A DNA stretch of 64,000 bases from the human T2T-CHM13v2.0 reference genome, Homo sapiens (GCF_009914755.1 NC_060945.1); one strand, 5' to 3'. Positions 26,601-41,162 are shown, counted from the stretch's first letter. Notes: generated by a model not told the origin, from the sequence alone. A program made the numbers and translations.

Positions 26601-28599
26601 ACCTGCTCCTCTCCACTCCCTCCATGACAAAAAGACTCCGGTGTTTTTGACCATCTTTTATTGCGCCCCTACTGTGATCTTAGTCACGGGGCCAAGCACT
26701 CTACATCTGTTCCTCCATTTAATCCTCACGGCACCATCTGCGGCGGGTGTTCCTTGTGTCCTCGTCCTGTCCTCATAGGAGCAAGCCTGGAAGGGGCTGA
26801 GTCACTGTTCAAGTCACACGACTGCAAGGCTGAGGTCTAGGGTGGTGGCCTGGACCCCTCTTTCCTGGAAGCCATGCTTTTCCTGAAACCCCTTGCAATA
26901 CTCCTGGCAAGTATGGCAGTTTTACCTCAGTTGGTATGAGTGTACTCAAATGGGAGGCAACCATTCTCACACTTGATGTTTAGACTTTGCAGCTTCCAAA
27001 ACCCACTCTGCATATCACCTGCTCCCTCCTCAAAGTGGCTGGGCTTCCCATGCAGTTTCCCATCCTGCAGACGGCCCAGGGAGGTCAGATTTCTTGGCCA
27101 GGCTTGCAGAGTTGGTGGGACATGATGTGGGCACTAGAACCCAGTTCTGTAAATCTTGGTTTCATGTCCTTTCTGCTGTGTTTTTCTTTCTCTGTTTAGG
27201 CGGTGGACTTTTTGGTGTGTAAAGCTTCTAGAATGGATTTTACTTCTTTGTGGCTCTTTGGATTGAGGGAGGGGCTAGGTGCCATCTCCAGAGAAGCTTG
27301 TTCAGCTCATGCTCACTCGGGGCCCTTGCTCTCTGCCCACTGGGGAGGGGCTGTGGTGGAGCTGGATTCGGACTGAGTGGAGGCAACGCTGAAGGTCAGA
27401 GGCCAACGTCCTTGCACTTCTTGACACTCTCCACCCAGGCGTGGTGATTGGGACCGCTGGGGAGGGTGATTTGGGAGCTTGAATCTGGTGTGGGGATGAT
27501 GGGGGTCATTGATAGTGGGGACAGTTCTGGACATGTGGCCCTCATTCTCTGTGCTGGACAAGATGACTCTGTGACCTGTAATTCCAGGCTGATAGAGCAT
27601 TTTCAGTGACAGCCCATTTGACTTGATGGTGCTAGTGCAGGACACAGGTGAGCTTGTCTCTGTGTCTTAGGTCTGTCCCAGCAGATGAGCTGACGTGTGT
27701 TGTAGATGAATGTCAGCTGGTCACAGGTGGGAGGTTTGGAAGGTAGCCTCCAATCTCCTCTGAGGACTGCAGCAGCGACCGGGGCAGCAGGAACGCATTG
27801 TGATGGCCTGGCCAAGTCTGCATAGCGAGAGTCGAGCCACTTTCACGCGCACCTTATCCCACACTTCACCTCCTTCCTCCAGGTTCCCACTCAGAAACCC
27901 GCTCACCCCTGGACACACCTCCCAGAGACTTCTCTTTGGAACTCTGCAATGGAGAAACCCATTGCAGACTTCCCCTTCTTTTGGATATCAGTTTGCTTTT
28001 CAGGAAGAAAATTTTAATACTCCATATTGAGGTTTTATAATTATATTAGCATGTTGAAACATTTTCTCTAATGGCTTGCTGGTTGAAAACGCTTTCACAC
28101 AGAGCAGAAACTAGATGGAGATACTGTTTCACAACCTCTGCTTCAGAAGCAGAGGTGGCCTGTAGCTTCCAAACCCGGGCAGAGCACGTGCAGGGATGGT
28201 GCGTCTCTGTATCTGGACTCACATTCACATGTGTGCATGTGTAGGGGTGTGTGCATATTGAATTGTAAAAAAGATGAGTACGTGTGAGATTCTGCCTGAG
28301 ACTCCAGTCCTCAGTGTGTGGCCTGGTGCCGCTGATGCCGAGATGTTGGGCTGGCAGCGATCTGCCTCCGTCTGTCACAGGTGCCTCTACCTGCTGCAGG
28401 CAGACGGACGGAGACGTGATGGATTGCGCATATCCCCTTTACAGATTCGGAAGAGTACATTTAAAATAACTTAAATTTGTATTTAGAAGACTTTTCATGG
28501 AGAGTATTTATTGTTATAGAGTTCACTTCTGAAATGGTGACAAAGCTTTTGATACTGAATCAAACAAGTGTGAAGTTACCGAATCTCTCTGTTACACAG

Positions 28600-28771
28600 A
28601 GTGGAGCCTTTCAGGCTGGCATGGAGAGCTTAAGGGGCAACTGAAGGAGACACACTGGCCAAGCGCGGAGTTCTGCTTACTTCAGTCCTGCTGAGATACT
28701 CTCTCAGTCCGCTCGCACCGAAGGAAGCTGCCTTGGGATCAGAGCAGACATAAAGCTAGAAAAATTTCAAG
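28600..28771 (+). other. ADARB1: ADARB1 (ADAR2) non-coding 5'UTR exon, 172 nt
   Basis: Acceptor ctctctgttacacag| and donor aag|gtgagt. The sequence agtggagcctttcaggctggc...gctagaaaaatttcaag matches my recollection of the ADARB1 mRNA 5'UTR, corroborated by exon 0 downstream. Confidence 0.9.
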
Positions 28772-28985
28772 GTGAGTAAAAACCTGTAAAGATCTGATCA
28801 AATCTGACTGGTAGAAATGCCTTTTTCTTGATATAAACCGCTTAATTAAGCCTTTTGGCTTGCCTTTGAAAGATGCTTTATTGAATACTTCCCAGCACAG
28901 ATGATCTGTTACTGTTGGTTGATTTCTAATCTTACTGCAGCCTTAGCTCACCCATGAGTCCCTCCTGCTTGTTCTGGGGTGGTGC

Positions 28986-29053
28986 CTGCTGCCCTCCAGT
29001 GGCATGTGTGGCACCTGCTGCCCTCCAGTGGCATGTGTGGCACTTGCTGCCCT
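28986..29053. repeat. Short tandem duplication, about 29-bp unit
   Basis: ctgctgccctccagtggcatgtgtggcac repeated. Confidence 0.85.
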
Positions 29054-29167
29054 CTTTGGGGTCAGTTCACCATTTATTGAGTCAGTGCTTCATGCCGGGC
29101 ACTAGACTTGGTGAAAGCCTTTTACCATCAATTATTATTTTCTTAGGAGTAATTAAAAGAAAATTTT

Positions 29168-29470
<303 letters not shown>

Positions 29471-32400
29471 CTATCTCATGATTCAGCGTCTGCTTTTGAG
29501 AGAAGTTGTGACAAATACTAAAATCCCAGTAAAATTAGTATGGTGTCAGATTAATTTACTTATGAGCAGCTGAGTGACTAACTCAGGAAGTCCAGTTGTA
29601 CATTTCCAGGGAAGCTTTTTCATGGGTTCAGATGAGATGAGGGGAAAGAGAAGGTGTCAGAGGGCTGCTGCTGGCTGGAGGAACGCAGGTGTGCTCCTGT
29701 GTCCATTTGCTCTGTGGATACTGACGAGCGCCCACTGGGCCTCAGATGCCCTCTGGGCATGGCAGGGACCAGGCGCTCGCTTGGCAGCTCTCATGTGAGC
29801 CGCTCACTGGACACAGCCGTGCTCCCGCCTGGGAGTTCGGGATGGCATGCAGAGCTGTGGGGAGGGAGCGGTCACCAGGGCGTGAGTGTGGACAGATGGG
29901 AGTGGCTGGTGCAGAGCCATAGGTAGGGGGCGGTCACCAGGGCGTGAGCGTGGATGGATGAGAGTGGCTGGGAGCCTAGGGGGGACGCCGTCTTTGGGGA
30001 GTAGAGACACACCCATGTCTGACTACTGGGTTTTGAGTTTGTGCCAGCAAAGGTCCTGCTTGCCATTTCTGTCTGTAAATGTCAGGAATTTCAGGTAACT
30101 GGTTCCCTAGCGAGACCTTTAAAGGAGGCTTTATCTTCAACCGATGCTTTTTTTGGGGGGGTACACAGGCAGTCCAAGTATGGGAAGGTCAAAATCAGGT
30201 CACCTTTATCATGGCTTGTGCTGTGGGATGGGATTTTATTTTCAGCCACAGCGCTTCTTCTAGCTTAATTAGTGATAGGAAATCAGCTTCTCTGTAACCA
30301 GAGGTTATTGAAAGAATGAGGATCCCAGAGTTGGAATGAGTCTGAAAGAGACGTTGTGGTTTAATATTGCTAAGTTAAGTGTCGATTTGTGACTACCTAT
30401 TTTTAACATGCCACAGAAGTAAAACATTGCATTAATTATGCCATATATGTGAAATAGCAAGTATTTTTATATAATATAACTGTGCATTGGAGAAATGAAT
30501 TATTTATAATCCTTTGCACCAATAAATTGTTCTTAAAAGCATAGAAAAAATAATCAGGCCAGAAGGAGATATCTAAAGCATGTGCTGAGAAAGCAAAACT
30601 GAAGAGCTGGAAATTATAAAATATTACGACATGATGAGTCATATCTCCTCCTCCTGATTCTGTGTTACTAAATGCTAGCTGCGAATAGAAATCGTGTATT
30701 TCCTTTCTTTCATAAAATAAGAGCTAATTTCGGCAGCAAACAGTTTGGCGTGTTATTCTTTTCCCTTTTCAGGGTGGTTTAAATAAAAATAAATAAACAT
30801 GAAAGATTTTGGCTGGAACATCTTTGGAAGCACGGCCGTCCTCAGCCTCACTGCACTGTCTGGTTTCCCTCTGAGCCTCCCTCCCGGGTCCTGCCTTAGT
30901 GCTGTCTGTGCCGTGTAGCCACAGGTCGCACTGCAGGGCTGTGGGGAGTTATTTTTAGTTTCAGGCAGACTCACTGTTTTTGCCTTTCTTTTTGCTTGAA
31001 AAGACTGAAGTTATTTCTTGTGTTTTTATACATGAGATTATCTTCTGAGGCTGGAACATCTTGGGGGGATACAATAGATAGAATTCCTATAGTAATTCCC
31101 CTGCGCAAGAGGAATTGCTGAGGAGGGCTTCGGGAAACCTTGACTCTTGTTGAAGCCTGGAAAGCTTTCTCAGTCTTTCTCATTGCCACCCCACACCACA
31201 TCTTCTTTTTGTAACAAATATTTATTAACTCATCTTTTTATTTTAAAATGAAGTTCACAGAAGATATTACCTTATATAATTATAGCCATATAATGTTAAA
31301 AAGCAGTGTCATGCTGAAATGTAATATAAAGAGAAACTGAAGATACATAATAAAATAGTTTTCTATGCCACTGTATGGACATTTAGGCACTGCTGCTTTC
31401 ACTCGGATCACTGAGTGGTGTGGGCCTGTCAGTGCAGGCAGATGTGGGGTAGGTACTGAGCTGGTGACCTGAAAACCATAAGCAATAGAGCTGAGTGGCA
31501 TTACTTTCTGAAATGGTCAAACCTGAAGGAAGCAGTGTTCAGTCTTCCCTGTCTCTAGGTAGTCTCTGTATTTCTGGAACATTGAGTGTATGTTAAAAGT
31601 ATAGAAAAATGCATTGTGTCAATCCAAAACTCAGCTGGGCTGGGCTTAGAGAATTATGAGCAGCCTTTCCACCTGCATGGAAGTCCTTTTGTGCAGGACA
31701 GTTCTTTGTTTCCGGGGTGGCCCTGCTCCCTCCAGGAGGTTTAGGAGTGCCCATGTCACCATGATGCCTACGCCACTTCTCATGTTGCTACCTGTTGCTA
31801 CCACCGGGCATCGCTGCCGCCTCCTGCTCTGTGCACAGTGTGGTGTGGCCGCCTGACCGACTGGTCAGGAACTAAAGTTCTCTCGAAGCCTTGACTGAAA
31901 GGAGAAGTGAGGAGGGGCATGGAGCCCAGTGCCAAGAGGCAGCTGCGTCTTTAGGGGCTGGCACTTTTCAGAGGGGCTCTTGGGACCAGAAGGAAAGAGC
32001 CGTCATTCAAGGCTTACACAGCGTGGAGGTGCCCTCCCTGGGGTGTCCTGTGTGCTGACCTCTGTCCTGGTGCCTGGCGGTGTCCTGGCGCAGAGCTCCG
32101 CAAGCCTCTGCGGGGCTCTTCTCTGTGTGGAGGTTCTCGAGATGGGCAGTCCGGGTGGATGGTCAGGCCAATGAGGGCCTTCGAATGAAGCACATTATTG
32201 TAAGGATGCTAATTCTGGATCCTCAGATATTGTGACAAAAACTTGACATTTTTCTTCCTTCAAAGTAATTTATTGACTAAAATAACCAACTGAGCAAAGG
32301 TGATGTTTTAGTATCTAAATATTCCAAAAGATTACTGAAATTTTAAAGTAAAAATTTGGCCAAGAACGAGAAGTCTCTGAATGTGCTTTTCTGGCATGAC

Positions 32401-33329
32401 CCCTGTCACCAGGAAGCTGTCAGTGTGGTGTTGGGCCTGATTGATTCGCATCAGCTCAGGTGGCGTCCTATTGGAAGGTCGGCAGTGGGAGAGCAGCTGG
32501 CCAGGTCAGAGGATTCATTTCTGTCTGAAGCTTTGTGAGGAACTAAGATGGCTTTTCCAGTAGCCTCTGTCATTCCAGAGAGTTTTAAGATTGCTTTTAT
32601 TTGTTCTTCTACCCTGGAACTAGGAAGCCAGACCCAAGAAATGTATCCACACCAGGTTTTGCCCATAGTTTTTAAAAATGTTGAATTTCTTTAACTTGAG
32701 GCCCTCACAATTTTCTGGGCCCCCATAAGTTATAGAACAGGGACCAGGCCTGCTACCTTGTGGGGGCTGGGTGGGCACTGGCTCCCCAGGGCACAGATCC
32801 TTCCTGTGGGTGGGCTTAGGGGATGTGAGGGATTCACTTTCAGATGTGACACTCCAGATGTGGGGTTGGTGGCACATTTTTTTTGTCCGGTTACATCCAA
32901 GTAAAAAGGAGGACAAATTCTTACTGAACCTATGCAGTAAACTCCATTGTCAGGAAGAGTAAAGTGTCTTAGCATGAGTGTTCCTGAATTCTGAAAGTTC
33001 AGGAGAGTAAGATGTTACCTAGAGAGTGTTTTATTTCAGCTTTGAAAGCAGAGTCTACTGGATTTAGGGCTAGAGATAGACGAAGAAGAAAGAGAAGGGG
33101 CTTCTTTGAGCGCACATTAGAAAATACACCATAAAAGAAAATACCGACAATCTTCCAAAGCCACAGTCAGCGTTTCCCTGCCAGCTCCTCCAGTCTTCCT
33201 TCCTTCCTGTCTGCTGGGTGGCGGCTCATCTGTCAAGTTTTCACAGTCATGTGCTTCTGGGCGCAAAGCCCTGGTGAGCCCGGCTCGTTTCCCTGGTGGA
33301 ATCGGACAGTTGTCGAAGGGGTGTCAGCC

Positions 33330-33830
33330 TCTGTTCAGAAGCCTGAGCCCCTGATTCTGTTCCTTGAAGTGTCAGGAGTTAAGGTGCCTGTATTGAGCAG
33401 GGGCTGCCGTTGCTTCTGACTGAGGGTCCTCTTCAGGCCCACTGGCTCTTGGCAGAGCTCAGTTCCTTGTGACCATAGGCCTGTGGCGCTTGGCTCCTGG
33501 AGACTGCCCATAGCCCCTGCCCTGTGGCCCTCTTCCCAGCATGGCAGTTTGCCTCTCAAGGCGTATAGGCAGGGTCTCCCCTCTTCCTTTCCTCTCTGAC
33601 TTCTCTCATCCTTCAGGGGTTTACCTGATCAGGCCAGGCCCACCCAGGAAAATCTCCCTTTTGATGAACTCAGTCAGCTGATGAGATGCCTTAATTGCAT
33701 CTGTAAAATCCCTTCACCTTTGCCTTATGTAACACTATATCCCATCATGTTCACAGTTCCTCCCGCCTGCAAGGCAGGGGAGTGTACAAGGTGTGTACCC
33801 CAGGGGCAGGATGCTAACACTGCACTGACT
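33330..33830. mobile_element. Probable MLT1 (MaLR) LTR
   Basis: ggcccacccaggaaaatctcccttttgatgaactc...ttaattgcatctgtaaaatcccttcacctttgcc. Confidence 0.6.
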
Positions 33831-33859
33831 GAGAAAAGAATTTGTCTTACCTGTACCTG

Positions 33860-34845
33860 ACAGGTGTGTACCTGAAAGAGGTGTGTGCCCGACGGTGTGT
33901 GCGACCGATGGGTGTATGCTCGACAGTGGTGTGTGCGCCCACCGGGTGTGTGCCCGACGGTGTGTGCGCCCGATGGGTGTGTGTGCCCGACAGTGGTGTG
34001 TGCGCCCGATGGGTGTGTGTGCCCGACAGTGGTGTGTGCGCCCGCCGGGTGTGCGCCCGACGGGGGTGTGTGCCCGACAGTGGTGTGTGCGCCCGACGGG
34101 GGTGTGTGCCCGACAGTGGTGTGTGCGCCCGACGGGGGTGTGTGCCCGACAGTGGTGTGTGCGCCCGACGGGGGTGTGTGCCCGACTGGTGTGTGCGCCC
34201 GACGGGTGTGTGTGCCCGACAGTGGTGTGTGCGCCCGATGGGTGTGTGTGCCCGACAGTGGTGTGTGCGCCCGCCGGGTGTGTGCCCGACAGTGGTGTGT
34301 GCCCGACAGTGGTGTGTGCGCCCGACGGGGGTGTGTGCCCGACAGTGGTGTGTGCGCCCGCTGGGTGTGTGCCCAACAGTGGTGTGTGCGCCCGATGGGT
34401 GTGTGTGCCCGACAGTGGTGTGTGCGCCCGCCGGGTGTGTGCCCGACAGTGGTGTGTGCCCGACAGTGGTGTGTGCCCGACAGTGGTGTGTGCACCCGAC
34501 GGGGGTATGTGCCCGACAGTGGTGTGTGCGCCCGCCGGGTGTGTGCCCGACAGTGGTGTGTGCGCCCGACGGGGGTGTGTGCCCGACAGTGGTGTGTGCG
34601 CCCGACGGGGGTGTGTGCCCGACAGTGGTGTGTGCGCCCGATGGGTGTGTGTGCCCGACAGTGGTGTGTGCGCCCGACGGGTGTGTGCGCCTGACAGGAG
34701 TGTGTCTGACATGGGTGTGTGAGCGCCCGGCAGGGGTACGTACACTCGGGGTGTGTGTGCCTGACGTGTGTGTGTGTCTGACATGGGTGTGTGCACCTGG
34801 CAGAGGTGTGTGCGCCCAGCAGAGGCATATGCCTGACAGAGGCGT
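33860..34845. repeat. CpG-rich VNTR of about 36 bp built from 17-20 bp subunits (gtgtgtgcccgacagtg / gtgtgtgcgcccgacgggg)
   Basis: Directly visible homogeneous core at about 33930-34690 with degenerate edges. Confidence 0.97.
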
Positions 34846-35214
34846 GGCTTAGTGTTCAGGGTCCATAGTACATGAAGAATCCTACAGATCCCTATGGACA
34901 AGGCAGTACAGTAGAATTTGGGGCAAAAGACTTGCACAGATTTTTTTTTTTTTTTTTTTACACAAGATGAAATTGAAATGGCCAATGAGCACACCCTCAT
35001 TCATCCAGCGAGCATTGAGGACCCCCTAGAGGCCAGGCCCATGAGTGATGAAGATCCCGAGGATGAAGACGCCTTGCCAGCCAGGTCAGTGGGTGATGGC
35101 ATTTGTGGTCAGGGGCACCCAGCACCACACCCCTGGCTGCCGTTGACAGCTGGGTGAGTCCCCTGCTGCCTGGGCAGAGCCACCTCTGCAGATGCCCAGG
35201 TGGGTCTCCTGGGG

Positions 35215-35378
35215 CAGGGACTGGCAGGCTGTAGCCTGTGAGCAGATTCTGGGACCTGAAAGCTAAGGATGGTTTTTACATTTTTAAGGAGTTATAAAAC
35301 AAACAGAAAAGGAAGAATCTGCAACAGAGACCATAAGTGGTCTGCAAAGCCAAAGGTTTATAGAAATGGGCAGACCTG
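35215..35378 (+). mobile_element. MER58-like hAT-Charlie fragment
   Basis: agctaaggatggtttttacatttttaa...tgcaacagagacc...tgcaaagccaaag. Confidence 0.65.
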
Positions 35379-38300
35379 CTCTAAGGGGCCTGCTTGCTGA
35401 TGGGGCCTTGTCTGGATTGCCAGTTCTACTAATTCTGGAATTGGAAGTTCTCATGGAGGACTGTGTGCTGGGTAGGATTTCCAGATCCCAAGATGCTTTG
35501 GCTGCATTCAAACCCACAGGGCAGAGAGAGCCCTCCGCCCTGTTCCTTGGCAGAGGCCTCCACACTCCGTGTGCTGACCGGCCTGCCAGAATGACAACAA
35601 CTGTCAGCTGTCTGCATCCTCCTGGCACCCCTTAGTGTGGCTGCATACTGAGGGGAGTTAAAACCATAAACAGGTGGAGAATATCTCCTTCCAGGGAATC
35701 TCAGAGGACTCAGTGATTTAAGAGGAAAAGACCAAACTGCTGCTTTCAGCAGGACCACTGTGTGCTGCCTGCCTGTCAGTGCATACAGATACGGGGTCCT
35801 GAGTTGGTGACCTCAAAACCGTGAGCGGTAGATAGACAGAGTAGCCCCTAATGAAGCAGAAAGACTAGAAGAGACAGGACCTAATTTAGGTCGAAAAGCA
35901 AAGTGAGGCCTCAGAAGATGAAGGCAGAGTGCGAGAAAGGCTTTCTGGAACTGACAAGTCTGCCATCCACATTTCGAAATGTATTAGAAAAATTGGAAAA
36001 AAAACATACGAAGTGTAGAATGTCAGCAGAAAGGTGTGGCCACAGTCAAGAGGGCCCTCTGTGGGTCCTGTGGTCCTGGACTGCAGGTGGGCCCAGTGGA
36101 GACTGTGCTGCCCCTCACCCTCCCCGGTGGGTCCTCTGTGATGGGGGTGGGTGAAGCTGAGTGCTGTCCTGAAAATCTGACCATGCACAGCCCCTTTCCA
36201 AAGACCCTTCTAATTTTAGAGGCCGCCAGCAGCCACGGGACTAGGCAGCATCAGAGCAGGGACACAATGTGAGTCATATGCGCCTGTGTTCATCCTGTGG
36301 TGTCCCTGGGCCCATGGGGGTGGGAGGGATCAGAGGGATCGGAGGGAGGGGAGTAAAACCAGGGGAAGGAGTGGAGGACCACGAACTCCCTCCCCTTCTT
36401 GGTGGCCAGCTGCTGTGAGGACTCGCTCTCTTAGGACAGGTCCACTGTCTCTGAGCTCTGGTTCTGGCCTCCTGTCAGGTGCCCTCGTGCGGGAATGAGT
36501 GAGGGACAGCAGGGCAGGCTTTCCAGGCTTCCAGCAAGCTCTACATGATGGGTGGGGAGACCCTGCTCTTAAAAACATGTGGACCCTTAGCATTCTTCTT
36601 CCTCAGACCTGGGGCCTCAGCCTAAGCTGAGATGACAGGGAAGAACTACAGATACACCAGATTTAGGGAAAATAACGTCAAGTGGTGCAGACAAGTGGAA
36701 CTGCTGCTTGTGAAGTGGGCTGTGGAGTCGTGATGTTTGCTACGCCCGGCACCATGTTTCAGAACCTGTAGCAGCGCTCAAGAGAGAATCATTCCTTTAA
36801 CAACAAACATGTACTGAGCCCCTGTGGGGAGGCACTGACCGAGGCCTGGGGACAAATGTGGGGACAGACCAGTCCTGTGGTGACAGCTGGCGGGGGTAGA
36901 AAACAGTAGAGCTGCCCCACCAGCCAGCGGCTGCTGGGAGAGCAGGGGTGTTCCCGCACCCAGAGGAGGCACCCTGCCGCTCTCCCCCAGGTTGCTTGGT
37001 GTGTGCGCTGCAGGGAGAATCCCGCCCCCAGCTGGTGTCCACAGGGGCCAGGGACACTGGTAGGTAGGTGTGGAACAAGGGAGTTTGTGACTTGGGATTG
37101 TTTTCTACTTAAAAAATAATCTGAGTAAAGCTTGGTTTAAACAGCATCAAGTTAAAAAAATTCCTAAGAAGTGGTTGGATTCCCAGTTTATATGTGGCTT
37201 TAAGGTTCTGAAGAAGTACACAATTAACCACAGAAGTATGACTTGAATAGATAAGAATTTAACAAAATACACACTGTTGGGTGTAAAATCATAAATATCT
37301 GAAGTTCTTAGAAATTGGTAATTTTCTTTTAGCTTTGCTGTGCTCTGAGCATGACTAAACTAAAAGTAATGAATCCAGACCTTGAAGACTGGTGTGTGTG
37401 TAAAAGGCAAGAAGTGAGAAGATTCACGTGTAGATCCAGGACAATCTGAATTTACTTCTGTTCAGTAGTTCCCAAAGGCTTTTTCTACATGGAGGGACTC
37501 GGAGTGACACAGCAGCTCCCTCTTGTGGGCAGATTCCCCTGTGTAAGGTGCTGGAGGCTGAGGTTCCAGCCTGCAGCCGCTTGTGATCCTGATATGTGGA
37601 GAGTTCTGGAAGACTGATGACTGCTGACCCCCTTCTTAACCTACGCCATCGCCATGCTGGTGGTGGGGATGGGGCTCTTGGCCATTCCTGCCCCTTGGCT
37701 GCCCTTCCTTGGTCTGAGGGTACGTGGGTGGCCCTTCGGGTGTGCCAGGAGCTTTGTGCTTTAGTGACCAACAGTCCCCTGATGTGTGAAGGCCCATCAA
37801 TCCGATTTAAAATAAAACATTTGAAGTCTCTTCAGAGGACGGTGTGAGGATGTCTGCGTTCAGTGATGGAGCTTGGCCTCTGCCTTGCCCCTGATTGAGG
37901 CTCTGAGGGTTCAGATACAGTCTCTGCCCACTGCATGTGAACAGCCTGGTGGGTGTGGAGGGGAGGAAGCCTGTGATGATGGTGGCACTGTGAGGAAAGT
38001 GGGGATGGAAGGAGGTGTGCCCAGGAGGCAGGGCAGGAGAGTTCATGGATGTAGGGTTGCAGCAAGTCTGGAAAGCTGGGTTTGTTTTCCAGGGAGATGG
38101 CATGGGAGGTGGGCACCCCAGGCAGGAGGGGCTCTGGATATGACTCCAGAAGCCTGGTGGGCTGGAGGGGAGGGAGAGGCTGGGCCTGCTGGGGGCAGGA
38201 AAAGGGCAGACCTGTGCTTAATTTCAATTTCTATGGGAGTGATGCCCTCAAACTTAGAAGGGCTTTTGATGAGAAGCGATAGAGTATAGCTCTTGCCCTC

Positions 38301-39174
38301 CTCAGTGGCATCACTGATTTTTTAAAATGCATTTTAGATATTTGTATTTCTATATTAATTAGTATTAGGATTGGCTATAAGTGACAGAGATGCAACATAA
38401 TAGGAGCTTAACCAAGAGAAAGGGCTGCATCCTGCACTTGCTATTGTTTGATTTATGAACTTTAGACATTAACTGTGCACTGTTAGTTCACATGGAGGAG
38501 GATTTAGCTCCGTGACGTTTCTCCAACCTTCTTTTCCTGTATCATTTAGGATTGATTCTGGGTGAAGGTCACAGCATGACTCACAGTATCTTACACACCT
38601 TGGATGTATATACGCACTTCTTATGTCGTAAGTAATCCAGAGGGAGGAGTTTGCTAGAGCTAGTCCAGAGTTCAGCCATCTTAGGGCTCTGGGTGAGTAT
38701 CGCTGCAGTACAGCAGCAGCAGCTTTAGACACCACTTCTGTGTTTAAGGCAGGAACAACTGAGAAGGAGCAGGCCGTGGAGCTCTTGTCTATTCCTTTTG
38801 TCAGAGACATTGTGGAAGCCCTCAGCATATTTTCACCTGTCTTTCACCAGAACTGTGTCTTTCTCCTTGGCAAGAAGTGTGTTTTGTGGCCAGCTTTAGT
38901 CACAAAAGAGACAGAAAATGAGCCTTTCATTTTTGTGGCACCCTTGGTAGAGGGGTAGGGGAAAGGGCTTCAGGACGAGCACTGGATCAGCTTACCAAGC
39001 CTGAAACCACGCCCCCTGCTGGTCATCCTAGAGACTGAGTGGCCCATGTGCTCGTGGCCTGTGGGCCCTGGGCGGCCTCTCAGTTTCCTGCATGGAAGGC
39101 AGCAGAAGCACTTATCCGGCCCTCAGCTCCTCGGTGGTGTCAGTTTGTCTGACCTCTGTCAGTTTGTTGTCTTC

Positions 39175-39472
39175 TTTTTTTTTTTTTTTTAAGACAGAGT
39201 CTCGCTCTGTTGCCTAGGCTGGAGTGCAGTGGCACAATCTTGGCTCACTGCAAGCTCCGCCTCTCGGGTTCAAGCGATTCACCTGCCACAGCCTCCTGAG
39301 TAGCTGAGACTACAGGCGCATGCCACCATGCCTGGCTAATTTTTGTAGTTTTTGTAGAGACGGGGTTTTGCTGTGTTGCCCAGGCTGGTCTTGAACTCCT
39401 GGGCTCAGGTGATCCACCCATCTCAGCCTCCCACTGTGCTGGGATTACAGGCGTGAGTCACTGCTCCCAGCC
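39175..39472 (-). mobile_element. Alu (AluS-like), antisense
   Basis: polyT, agacagagtctcgctctgttgcc...gggattacaggcgtgag. Confidence 0.95.
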
Positions 39473-39630
39473 TTGTTTGTCTTCTGTGTTACCAAAGTAG
39501 AAAACTTCTTCTGTTCTGTAACCTTGGTTCAATCAAAGTTCCAAATTCATAAATGGCACTTATATTATTATGACGATTGCTGAAAGTCATGCCACAGTTT
39601 AATTTGCTTTATACTTGGATTTGGTATACT

Positions 39631-39740
39631 TGATTTTTTGGTTCTGTTTTCTCTTTTTCCTGATTTCCTTGATTTTTTTGGTTCCGTTTTCTCTTTCTCC
39701 TGGTTTCCTTGATTTTTTGGCTCCGTTTTCTCTTTTTCCC
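39631..39740. repeat. Pyrimidine-rich minisatellite, about 40-bp unit x2.7
   Basis: tgattttttggttc(t/c)gttttctctttttcc repeated three times. Confidence 0.85.
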
Positions 39741-40043
39741 ATATTCTTGCCTGGCATGGAGTGGTAGAGCAGAGTGGGGAATGGAGTTGAGTTTGGATCC
39801 AGCGGTCGAGCAAGTGTCTCAACTCCCATGCTCAGCTTCCTCCTCTGTCACGTGGGGCAGGGAAGGTGCCTGTCGGGCGCAGCGAGCGTGGTGAGTGGTA
39901 GTGTGGGGCCGCGTGCGCCCGTGGGCCCTGAGCATCAGCACTTCTGCCTCTCCGTGTTCTCTTGTTGAGAGGGACCACTGCCTTTCTTATGCTATCGCCA
40001 GCCTTTTCCAGCTTATTCATTCTGTTTCTTGGAACCCATTTAA

Positions 40044-40484
<441 letters not shown>

Positions 40485-41162
40485 TAATATATTCTGACAA
40501 ATGTATGCCAGTGCCACACCACCAAGCAGCTGAGGTAGAGAATATTCTTACCCCAAAAAGTTTCCTCTTACCCCGTGCAGATGTCCTACCCATCAGGGCC
40601 CAGGGCGACCTTGTCTGATGTTGATGTCCCATCAGATGGTTTGTATTCAGCAGAGCACCTAGACCAGGCTGTGAGGTACAGGTCCGCCCCTGGCAGCCCA
40701 TGCCTTGTAGCTTCTGGGTGGCTCCTGGCTTGGTTGCTGTGGTGTGGAGCGTTGAGTGACCTCTGCAGAACAGCAGATGGTGCTGTAGGGCCGCTTCTAA
40801 GACTCAGTGGAGGAGGCTCAGTGGCGTTCTGAGCGGTGGCCACCAGGACAAACCTCTTGTCTTTACACCATCTGTGTGTGTGTGCGTGAGTGTATGTGTG
40901 TGTGCATTCCAGTGTGCGTCCAGAAGCCAGTTTCCTTCAGAAAGCTTTCTGTTCCCTGGCTTCATTTTTACCATTTAGAGGACCTGTGAAGCAATGAGAT
41001 GGAATACTTATAGCTGGTTTAATTCAGTGAGTGATCTGAATTGTAAATAAAATTTTATCAAGTAATTTATAAATTTGATATAATAAATTAAGTCTGCGGA
41101 AGGGGCTGATTGTGTTATGGAATGAGAAGTTTTGTACATCTTTTGCAATTCTAAAAATTGTG

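Noticed and set aside
33860-34845. CRISPR-like repeat/spacer appearance
   Set aside because: The intervening modules are variants of one another rather than unique spacers; this is human DNA with no cas genes.
33725-35000. Several 270-420 aa ORFs on both strands
   Set aside because: All span the GT/CG-rich VNTR and are repeat artefacts.
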